The notes beneath the pieces are model-generated. The model was not told the origin of the DNA. It searched no databases and saw only the letters and a program-made list of their open reading frames with translations. A stretch of 63,720 nt of DNA, the filler included, from Octopus bimaculoides (lineage: Eukaryota), in assembly GCF_001194135.2 (NCBI RefSeq). It is 7 parts of 7 records of this genome, joined end to end, with 100 filler letters (N's around TTAATTAATTAA, not from the genome) between each part and the next. Parts side by side here need not be neighbours in the genome. Positions count along the whole stretch, not along the records: positions 46,522 to 60,210 come from NC_068983.1; positions 60,311 to 62,615 come from NC_068989.1; positions 62,716 to 63,720 come from NC_068999.1; 4 more parts are not named here. The stretch is one strand, 5' to 3'. The position numbers were made by a program, and so were the translations under genes. Below, piece by piece: positions 53,712-63,720 of the stretch (the stretch's first letter is position 1; each line of letters begins with the position of its first letter).

Positions 53712-55061
53712 GAGTGTGTGTGTGTATATTTTTGTAGATGTAACCTTAGTCGAAGTGCTAAAGTGTTCACAAATAAAGAAACAGTATTCAACGAATTTGA
53801 GGGCAGCGTTTTTAATTTCACATTTCAGTTTACTTACAAATTGAAAAATATTTCAACTCGAAGACAACAAGAGTATGGGCGTGAGTATTATATTCAATGA
53901 TAATTGTGCGCATATTTCTGTATTTTATTAGATTATTAGACCTCATCCGAAAACTTCATTGTAATTGTAAGAGCTGACAATGACGTGAGGATATAGGCTT
54001 TTTCGTGAAAGAATTTTGAGTGATGTAATGATTTAAAATTCTAATTCAGAAAAAAATTCCCACGGATAGCTTCTGCATGAAGTCTTAATGCGACAGTGAG
54101 AGTTAATTAAAACTAAAGTCTTTACGCTACGGTAAACATGTTCAAAGGCTGTCACTGTGCAAATAAAGATCGGAACCTATATCCACTGCCTCCGGTATTC
54201 CCCAAAATTTCAGGTCTTGTGGCTATCGTAGAAAGGATTATTTTTAATTAACTAAATGTGGCAAGTTTGTAGAATCTTAAGCACGTCGGACGAAATGATT
54301 ACCGGCATTTTTTCGGCTCTCTACGTTCTGATATCAAATGTCACCGAAGTCAATTTTGACTTTCATCATCTCGATAAGATGTGTACCAGTTTAGCGCTGG
54401 GATCGACCTCGCCTCAAAATCGCTGGCCTTTTGCCAGAATTCGGAAGCATTGTTTTAAATTAACTAAAATTCAGCTGTTTACGCCTTCCTCTATTTGAAA
54501 AAAGTTAGTAGTCATCTAAATAATAATTTGTTCATATTACAACGTATAATTTTATTCAATTAAATTTTCTTGGATTACATCTTCGAATATAACAACGCCC
54601 AATTTACTACCAAATTTTTGTATTGCAAGCAAGCGACATTGAATATTTTCGTCAGTCGTTATTCCAGGTTATATAGGTTAAAATATCTATTGTAATCAAC
54701 ATTAAAAAAGATAACTAAGAATTGTTTTGTGGTGACAAAAACAACGATACTTCATAGATTGAAATATTTTACATAAAGCGGAGACAACTCCAATTATGAA
54801 ATAGTTGTATTCGACATCGTTGGCGCGTGGTTTAGGGGTTAGGATGTTGGATTCATAATTATAAGGTTGCTATTTCGATTTCTGGACAGGGTGATGGCCG
54901 GTGCTCTAACCACTAGGCTATATGCCTCCACTGTATGTATGTATATNNNNNNNNNNNNNNNNNNNNNNNNNNNNNNNNNNNNNNNNNNNNNNNNNNNNNN
55001 NNNNNNNNNNNNNNNNNNNNNNNNNNNNNNNNNNNNNNNNNNNNNATATATATATATATAC

Positions 55062-55570
55062 AAGGTACGATGGGTAAATTGTCGCCATTTTATATTTTTA
55101 TTTCGCGCACGCACATTGTTTGATTTTGATCTTGTGGACTACACGGTATATTAGGGTCAGTTGGACACTGTCTGTGTGAAAAAACAGCACTCTGACGCAG
55201 TTCACTCTGCCAGAAATTTGGAAATGGCATGCTGTACCACTTGGCATTCGCACCGGAAGCTCAAATACGAACATTTTAGAATGTTTAGGTGTCAATCTGA
55301 AAATAGTGCAGAAGATTCGGAAAGAGTTGGATGAGTCTAATGGTGATTACAACGGTACAGCGGCTCGAAAAACTCAATCTGATCGTTCTGCTAAGAAAAG
55401 AACTCTTGGATTTGTTGGCGAGATCCAGGCCACGACTGACAACGATCCCGCCAAGTCAATAAGGTCCATAGGCAGGGACATGGGAGTGTCTGAGTTTTTC
55501 ATCAGGCATGTAGTGTATGAAGACATTAGGTATTCCTCATACAAGATGAGAAAGGGCTAATTTTTATCCC
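55062..55570 (+). mobile_element. 5' fragment of a Tc1/mariner-superfamily (maT/DD37D-like) transposon
   Basis: KRTLGFVGEIQATTDNDPAKSIRSIGRDMGVSEFFIRHVVYEDIRYSSYKMRKG is a typical second HTH. Starts after (TA)n. Confidence 0.7.
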
Positions 55571-56205
55571 ATATGCGTCAGAGAATCTGGGAGATCGACT
55601 TTATGAATCTAGATGATTCGGGAAGGAACTTCATCCTTTTTACTGCAGCCACCATTTCAGGCTACCCACTGCCTGCCATGTAAAGAATCATTCATTATTT
55701 AGAAAATATTTCTGCAGCACTAAAAATAAACTGTATAACATTATAGTTCATTAGAGCTTGCTTCTATTGTTTCTCACCATGCTTTTTTTTTTCAAAATAA
55801 ACGAATGCACATTTTTCTGTTCCTTTTTTTTCTTTTGCTACCGTCCACGACATTTCACTGGTCCCCACATAAGATTAGAAGTCTGTTATTGCTTGTAGGA
55901 AATTAATGAATGTCTGGTTATTCCTATTGATAATTGGTTAACTCAGGAAATATGGAAAGGAAAGAATGAACTAAGAATAATATCTTCAATAATGTAACAA
56001 AAACAACGAGAAAAACAACTGTAATTTAACACATTACCGATGTGTCAAGATAGTATACAATGTGTTGAAATTGTTCCAACACGTAAATTTAAATATAAAT
56101 ATAAATAACATCCTCATATGTACAATATAGAAAAATATATAGCATACTCATGCCCACGTACACACATATATGTACATATACAGATATGTATATATGTACG
56201 TATGA

Positions 56206-56238
<33 letters not shown>

Positions 56239-56717
56239 TGTATGTATGTATGTATCTGTATATTTGTGTGTATGTGTATATATATATATGTATGTATGCA
56301 TATATTGGTAAGTATGTTTACACACAATCTATGTGCTTTTTATGTATATATGCATATATATATATATATGTATGTATCCGGGTGTGAATGAACGGGAGGA
56401 AAATGTTCATTATACGTACGGAGTTAGATAAGCATTGTTAAGAAATCTGAGCATTTGTTGGCGATGAAAATGTTGTCTTATAAGAAATATCACGTTCAGA
56501 GTGAAGCTGATATATTTATAATGTATATTTTTTATGGAAAATATAGAATTTATGAAAAGAAATTATCTTAAAAATTGCCGGAAAATTTCTTATCTTTATA
56601 TTCTAATAATGTCATTTATGCCGAGATTTATATTGCTGTAATAAAAAAAAAAAAACGTAGAAAGAATAGTGTATACATACACACACATATATGAATATGT
56701 ATGAACATATTTACATA

Positions 56718-57475
56718 CAAATATAGAATCTTTTAGTCGTTTCGGCCATACTGTCGTCCTGCTGATTTCCCTAGTCTGGGGCATTTCACATTGCCACTCT
56801 TGTGTGTGCCTTTGTCTCAGCTGTTGGCCCATTTGGTGCATAATGGAATTCGATTCCGCTACCTTGGTCTGTACCTCATGCCGGGCTGTTAGTTCATCCG
56901 CTATTTTGAAGAGGATGATGTCTAGTTCCGTTTTGAAGACATCTACTTCCACCTTATGCAGATTTCTTCATTTTTGTAGCAGGGCATTGAAGAGCTGTGA
57001 GCCTTTGAACTCTATGCTATTGCAATACCTGGTCCTCAAATTAGATGGGGTGGATGACACCTTTGGTACAATGCAATGGCATCCAGTTCTGGTATTTGTA
57101 TAACAATCAATGCCGAAAGTAGGTACTAGCCCTTCTAAAGTTTCCATATGCAGATTATTACATATCAGTCGCGCCTTCGCTCCAGGGAGTAAATTTGCCA
57201 TTTTTTTCAGCCTCTTCCTGTAGCTCATCCGCTGTACTGTTTTAATCTTTTTAGTGTAGTGGCATTGGACTGCTTCAAGCTTCGCTGTTAGTTTGGCACT
57301 ATGTGGTGACCGTAACTGGGAGCAGTAGTCCAAGCACCTGAGAACAAAAGTTCTCCATTGGGTCAACATAGTTTCTTGGTCTCGTGTCTTGAAAAATCTT
57401 AGTATTCATGCTGCCAGTTGTCTGCACTTTGCAGCAATCTTGGTAATGTGAATATTGATCCCCAAGTCTTTCCCT
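56718..57475 (-). mobile_element. CR1-group LINE 3' fragment
   Basis: LDYCSQL.SPH...LEAVQ...TKKI...SYRKRLKK, NSIEFKGSQLFNAL, VFKTELDIIL. Confidence 0.9.
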
Positions 57476-57809
57476 GTCTGTGATTATGTATGTATATAGA
57501 TCGGGGTCAAGGTGTTGCACTCACGATAGCTAGGTTGTGGGTTCGATTCCCGAACGGTGGGTAGAGCATTGAGTTCTTGAGCAAGACATTACATTTCACG
57601 TTGCTCTGCGAGCATTTCGGTATCTGACGTGTGACACACGTGTGCATATGTACACATTTACACAAACATTCGATCACTTTAAACTGTTCATCTTTGTGGT
57701 TGTTCAGCAAGAAATTACAGGTCCCTCATCCATCGTTTAACTATGGGAGAGTCTAGAACATGCATGCATACATACACGCATGCATGCATACATGTTGTTG
57801 CTGTTATTT

Positions 57810-58032
57810 GTTTATTCCTTCTCGAGCCGTACCTGGCTCATAAGTGCCGGTTTCTCGGTTTCATTCGCACATAGGTTCTCCAAGAGGAAAGAGTAAGAGA
57901 AAGTTGTGGCGAAAGAGACAGCAGAAGTTCGCCATTACCTTCTGCCGGAGCCGCGTGAACCTTAGGTGTTTCGAACTCGCCACCCCTCGACCGCAAGTCC
58001 ACTGCTCTAACTACTAGGCTATATGCCTCCAC
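57810..58032 (-). mobile_element. tRNA-headed SINE (family D-type head)
   Basis: GGAGGCATATAGCCTAGTAGTTAGAGCAGTGGACT...GAGTTCGAAAC. The same head occurs at 54880-54930 (minus). Confidence 0.75.
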
Positions 58033-58312
58033 TACACACACACACACACACACACANNNNNNNNNNNNNNNNNNNNNNNNNNNNNNNNNNNNNNNNNNNN
58101 NNNNNNNNNNNNNNNACATATATATAAAGGTTATGAAGGGTATTGGATTCAACAAGACCCAAAGATACAGGTAATACCGAGTAAGTGCTGTATACCGGCT
58201 AGTTTTTCCCCTGTCGTTGTATAAACATGAGTTGGGAATATAACATAGGTCGTGCATTAGCGTGTGTATGTATAAAGAGAGAAAAGGATAAAGAGACCAA
58301 TGGCAAAGTTAG

Positions 58313-60165
58313 AAATATATTTTATGGATAAAGTCTTACGGCTGTTTCAGGAAAAATCCAACGTATCCCTTCATCGGAGACGGTAATAGTAAGGAATGGA
58401 TTATTACATCTATAAGAGGAGAGATGTAGTAAGAAGTGATACCGATGCACTGAAAAAAGAACAAAGAAGAAACAGTACTTGGAGTGTAGCTTCATTCCAG
58501 CAGTAAACATCCATGTAAAGAATCCTTGTGGGTATTTTCCTGGGATAATTGTAGTAACATAGGTGGATATATGTCATATCGTGTCCGGAGTACTCTGTGC
58601 GTTTTTTACTCAAAGGATAGCCCAAATCAAGTGAGAGATGTGTGTAGGGTTAAGAGGTCAAGCCTTAAGACAGGAAGGAAAGGGGGAAGAAGCAATTCAA
58701 GTGAGGAATAGTAGTAAGTAGTTGTATGGTCAGTTATTCTGACAAGACGGAGAGAAGAAGTAGGGGAGCAAAAAGAAGAATGTGGGGGTGATGGCATAAG
58801 TTTAGTAAGGAATAAGGAATGTGAGGAGGTAATGTGGAGAGGTATTTATATTGTGTATAGTGTCAGGCTATGAACCTATAAGGGGTGAGGGTGTAGGTGG
58901 CAATTCTAAAAACAGTATTAAAGGAAAATAAGAGAATAGAATTAGTAGTGATATGTTCTAAAAATAGAGCTAAACCTATTTTCAAGAAGGTAGAAGGGGG
59001 ACCAGATGCTACCTAGAGCTGATTGGGGTTATCAATAGGGAGCCTGCAAGTGGTGGTGGTGTTGGTGGCAAAGGAAAGTATAAAGGAAGTAAATTAAGAA
59101 AAAAGATTTAGTAGTGATAAGATCTAAAAAAAGAAAGAAAAAAAGAAAAAAAAAGAAATAAATCAATTCTAAAGATGGTAGAAAGGGGACCAATCTGCTA
59201 AGTCGAATAGGTTACCTATAGGGAGTTGTGTGAGTATGTTGTGTGGTCATTTGAGCATTTGTGTCTGTGATAGAATTTGAATGTATGGAAAAAACGGTGA
59301 TTGCAGGTGCTAAGTGCTTCGTTATATCGATTAAGTAGAGTGAGAGAATTGTATTTTAAAATATGGAACGCCTCCTTTAAGCAAAGCTTGCAATTAGAGC
59401 GCTAGCTCTGGTATGGAATTCCAGAGTCCAGGATGGACCATTTTAAAGTATACTGTACTGAGTATTTGTGTTTCTGAGGTGGTGAATGTGGTTGGCTAGT
59501 GTTGTAGATTTACTGCGTTTGACATATCTAAAAGAGTGCAAATGGGCTGCATAGCGTTGCTTGAAGCTTTCAGTTGAACCTATGTATGCAGCTGTAGAGT
59601 TATGTAGCAGATTGATTACAGTGCATTTATATATTACGTTATATCTTACGCAATGCGTTTGTAGCGGGCAGATTGTCCCGGAGCGACAGTTACAAGTAGA
59701 TGAGACTTGGGGGTTGTGCTCTGTGGTAGATGAGGCATCGTTGTTGGATGATATATTATGTGAGGATGAAGAAGAATCTAGATCAATGGAATTATTGTTA
59801 TAGTTATTATTCCCTCCATTGTTATTATTATAGGATATGGTAGTATTATTATCGGGTATAATAGTGGGTTGGGATCTACTGTGGTCGTGTTCAAGTGTAC
59901 GAGTGTCAGTGTTAGATCGACGTATATGAATGTCTATGTTGGGTATATGCATGCGCTGAGTGCTAGTATTAACATAGTTATAGTTGTGTGAGTTTTGATA
60001 ATAGAGTGAAAGTTTATGTTTATTAGAAGTTGCTATAATAGATTCGAAGTTAGGAGTGGTTGAATAAGACAATTTCAAAGTGGATCTGTTAAATATAGAA
60101 TGGTATTTATGTTGTCGGGGGAAGTTAGAGTCAAGTATTTTGAAGAAAGATTTAACTAACACTTA
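58313..60165 (-). mobile_element. Penelope-like element: RT thumb, linker, GIY-YIG endonuclease and long 3' UTR
   Basis: FFKILDSNFP..HKYHSIFNRSTLKLSYS, CNCR...CPL..HC..NVIYKC, YIGSTE.FKQRY..H..SF, then after a frameshift WSIL...CKLCLKE...LNRYNE...CNH. Confidence 0.9.
58333..58381 (-). ncRNA. Hammerhead motif in the PLE 3' UTR, with a U4C core substitution
   Basis: GUCU-CCGAUGA-AGGGA...UUCCU-GAAA-CAGCCG-UA-AGAC. The sister fragment at 60173 has the intact palindrome ACAGCTGT. Confidence 0.6.
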
Positions 60166-60172
60166 AAACTAG

Positions 60173-60210
60173 GAAACAGCTGTAAGACTTTATCCATAAA
60201 ATATATTTCT
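60173..60210 (+). mobile_element. Inverted partial copy of the PLE terminus
   Basis: GAAACAGCTGTAAGACTTTATCCATAAAATATATTTCT is the reverse complement of about 58311-58348. Confidence 0.85.
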
Positions 60211-60375
60211 NNNNNNNNNNNNNNNNNNNNNNNNNNNNNNNNNNNNNNNNNNNNTTAATTAATTAANNNNNNNNNNNNNNNNNNNNNNNNNNNNNNNNNN
60301 NNNNNNNNNNTTTTTTTCAGAATGAGATAAAAAACGAAGGCTGTGAAGATTTTAGAACATTTATGAATAGAAGGC

Positions 60376-60420
<45 letters not shown>

Positions 60421-60936
60421 ATATCATATCATATCATATGTTTATATCGTATCGTGTCATATGGAAAAGTTTCCATGCACATGATTATTCGTAACCCACA
60501 TCACGTTGCAACCCTACTCACGTCACACCGTTCGTTTAGCTTCCCATATCAGGCCATCAACCTCCTGCCTTACTGCCACAGTCTAAAACGAGACTGTGGC
60601 AATCACATCTACATTTATAAGCAGAACTAAGCGATGTTTAACGAGATGAAAAGGAGCGGAACCTCATCGGTTTAGTTCCCATAGCAACACCAGGGAGCTC
60701 CCGCTATGTGGGTTAACCTTTGGGGCATAAAACTCCAGAGATATTAAATATAGGTTCATTAAAAATATACGTAAACATTGACCAAATATTTCACCGTATG
60801 TAGGTGTATATGAAGTGGTGGCGTATACATATATAGACGTATATGTGTATATAAGCTATTTGTAAGTTTATACATTCCGATACATGTGAGCTCTTATATA
60901 TTCACACCATACAAACACACATTCTTGTATAATACA

Positions 60937-61100
60937 AGCGCAGGTGTGTCTGCGGTGAGAATATTGCTTCCAAATCCCATGTTTGCGGGTTCAGTTCCAC
61001 TGCTTGGCTCTTTAGGTAAGCGTCTTCTACTTTAGCCTCGGGCCGACCAAAGGCTTGTGAGTGGATTTGGTAGCCGCATGCTGAAATAAGCCTGTCGTGT
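60937..61100 (+). mobile_element. SINE family B copy
   Basis: Matches the family B consensus. Confidence 0.8.
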
Positions 61101-61515
61101 ATATATATATATATATATATATATANNNNNNNNNNNNNNNNNNNNNNNNNNNNNNNNNNNNNNNNNNNNNNNNNNNNNNNNNNNNNNNNNNNNNNNNNNN
61201 NNNNNNNNNNNNNNNNNNNNNNNNNNNNNNNNNNNNNNNNNNNNNNNNNNNNNNNNNNNNNNNNNNNNNNNNNNNNNNNNNNNNNNNNNNNNNNNNNNNN
61301 NNNNNNNNNNNNNNNNNNNNNNNNNNNNNNNNNNNNNNNNNNNNNNNNNNNNNNNNNNNNNNNNNNNNNNNNNNNNNNNNNNNNNNNNNNNNNNNNNNNN
61401 NNNNNNNNNNNNNNNNNNNNNNNNNNNNNNNNNNNNATATACACTCATGCTCACACACACGCACATATACATTATTTACATTTGACGGATATTTGTCCTC
61501 ATCTTGTTTGTTGTT

Positions 61516-61562
61516 AACACAACGTTTCGGCTAATATACCCTCCAGCCTTCATCAGGTGTCT
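61516..61562 (-). ncRNA. Minimal type I hammerhead ribozyme (extra A before stem II)
   Basis: GACAC-CUGAUGA-A-GGCU...AGCC-GAAAC-GU-U-GUGUU; palindromic stem III ACGU. Confidence 0.6.
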
Positions 61563-61599
61563 TGGGGAAATTTCGAGTCTTCCCCAAGACACCTGATAT

Positions 61600-62370
61600 C
61601 GCTTTTTTTCGAACAACGGGAAAAAAACAAAACAGAGAAACGAGACATGCAACATAAAGAGTATACCCTTTCGTCAGTTGTCCTTCTGTCATCTACTCCG
61701 CGTTTCGAAGGTAAGGACAATTCGTGACTTCGTTGAAACAGTCTTCCCCGCAAAGGAAATTAAATAAAATTTGGGAGTTTTCGCGGAGGGTGAAAGTGTT
61801 AACAACAAGAATAGGACAGTGAGAAGACAGTAAAAGCAAACGTTGAGGGCTGTTGAGCCGAGACAATAGAAAAATTATTACCAACGCAAGGAGGACATGC
61901 CATGAAAGGAGAAAAGCAAGGCGTCTTTTCTTTAGGAAGGAAATGGACAGAATGATAGATCCCCTTTTGTCACGTGTCAGCGACGAGAGGGTCAAGGAGG
62001 AAGAGTGAGACAGGGAACGGTGAAGGGGAGAGGAGAAGAATAGGGAAAGGGTGAGAGAGAAAAACAGAAAGGATGAAGAACAAGAGAGGGAGAAAGATAG
62101 ACAGAGAAGCGATAGTAGAGATAGAAAAAAGAGTGCGCATCGTAATTATTAAGACAAAACTTACTTGGAAAAGGATGCGTGGCGTTCGATCATATAATAA
62201 TATAAATAATATATAAATATATGCATATATATATACATATATTACATACCTACATAAATATGTATATATACATGCATATATAGGTACAGGACATAAAAAA
62301 AACGTTAAACACAATGGGAAACGAAAACATAGAAAACGAACTTGTTTTTCGAACAACGAAAAGATATGAC
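61600..62370 (-). mobile_element. Probable Penelope-like 3' end with directly repeated tail (pLTR-like)
   Basis: TTTTCGAACAACG directly repeated at about 61605 and 62347; homology to 30470-30945; weak LGS...LNV C-terminal remnant. Confidence 0.5.
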
Positions 62371-62900
62371 GATATACATACATATGTACATATATACATA
62401 TATACATACTTGAATATTATGTATGTGAGATTAATACTTTCCATTCTTTTACTTTACTTAGACATGATCATAGCCCCAACAAATTTCTAATTATTTGTGG
62501 AGCATTCCTAATGAGTAAATTTTTCGCCAAGAAGAATTAAGACGTGACTTATGTATTTAATGTATATCTAATCACCACACACGCATACGCACATATACAC
62601 GCGTTATATATATATNNNNNNNNNNNNNNNNNNNNNNNNNNNNNNNNNNNNNNNNNNNNTTAATTAATTAANNNNNNNNNNNNNNNNNNNNNNNNNNNNN
62701 NNNNNNNNNNNNNNNCACACACACACACACACACGCACACACACATGCATACACGCACACACACACACACACACACGCACACACACATGCATACACACAC
62801 ACACACACGCACACATACACACGCACGCACGCACACGAACATACTTACATATACACCTACACACACATACATATATTCAGCCGCAAAAGCAGCAGCAGCT

Positions 62901-62943
<43 letters not shown>

Positions 62944-63427
62944 CAGCAGTAGTAGTAGTAGCAGCAGCATAATGATGATGGTGATGATAAAAGGTAGGCT
63001 ATGCTTGAACTCGGAATCTTGTTACCTCAGTAACAAAACTTGATGGTGCCATTGTCCCATTGTTGCAGCATTGTGACTATATTCGTTCAGCGCCGATTGT
63101 AAAGTTATTTTTCACTAAAGACAAAAAAAAAAACAAAGATGGCCGCTGTTGCGAATAGCATTTTACAACAATTTCGTCATCTTCTTAGCATAGAAAACAA
63201 AATAATAATATTAATAATAACGATATTTGTACAATAAAATATAATAAAGAAGAATAAATTCTGCTTGAAGGAATCGATGAATTTAAGTGAATGATTGTAG
63301 CGAAACCACCAAAAGTCAGTCGAGCTCTAAGTATGGCACTCAAATATATAAAAACTATTCAATTCTATGTTATAAGCAGAGGTAATGCATTAGAACAGTT
63401 TATACCGAGGACGAAATACCGCCGACC

Positions 63428-63720
63428 ATTATTATTATTATTATTATTATTATTGTTCAGTAGTTTTATTTTTATAACGTGCTTTCACTTCACTACCGAG
63501 CGCAGCTCTGTGCGCCTTGGGTATGTGCTGTGGTTTGCTGTGGTGCTCTTATGTTTACTGTATTGAAAGTGTTTTGCGTAGAATGTGTGCAGTACCCAGT
63601 AGTGCAATTTTCTGTATGTTATATATATTTGTAAGTCCTGGTGTTTTTGTTATGTATTTGTCTGAATATTTTTTTATTATACCTAAGGCACCTACTATGA
63701 TAGGAATTGTTTCTGTTTTT
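63428..63720 (-). mobile_element. Young R4/Dong-like LINE 3' end with (TAA)n tail, running off the window end
   Basis: KTETIPIIVGALG...QKIALLGTAHILRKTLSIQ*. 63456-63697 is the reverse complement of 14248-14489. Confidence 0.9.

Noticed and set aside
59200-59760. Selenocysteine/SECIS usage in the Penelope-like endonuclease
   Set aside because: All zinc-ligand positions read are TGT/TGC. The only stops are TAA and TAG, and no SECIS was recognised.
61660-61715. GAAACGCGG...CTGACGAAAGGG permuted (type II) hammerhead idea, also at 30474-30515
   Set aside because: No NUH triplet and no convincing stem I in either copy.
3953-62972. Dozens of long ORFs in the track (YIYI, CVCV, THTH, ERER, poly-M/H/L, X-runs)
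   Set aside because: They are translations of microsatellites or N-gaps, not genes.
63136-63146. YY1-like AAGATGGCCGC
   Set aside because: A single imperfect short motif with no promoter context.

Overview
Eukaryotic, AT-rich and very repeat-dense non-coding window (intron or intergenic) from a gapped draft assembly. The microsatellite load and the tRNA-derived SINE families suggest a cephalopod (Octopus-like) genome; that assignment is inference from my recognition of the repeats. No host protein-coding exon could be identified with confidence. Almost all long ORFs in the track are microsatellite or N-gap artefacts. The real coding remnants are transposon-derived: Tx1/L1-like, R4/Dong-like (RLE), RTE and CR1 LINEs, Tc1, mariner and maT-like DNA transposons, and at least two Penelope-like (GIY-YIG) elements, with a probable third. 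Six 100-bp N44-TTAATTAATTAA-N44 blocks are assembly spacers, so adjacency across them is unreliable. The most interesting signals are structured RNAs. (i) Five minimal type I hammerhead ribozyme motifs from apparently unrelated repeat families, all with palindromic stem III; two carry a compensatory U3-A8 core pair, and a separate repeat copy begins at a predicted cleavage site. (ii) An unexplained 85-bp ungapped inverted repeat at 53318-53601 whose transition mismatches mostly favour G-U pairing on the + strand (9 of 11). Repeat boundaries are approximate unless stated otherwise.
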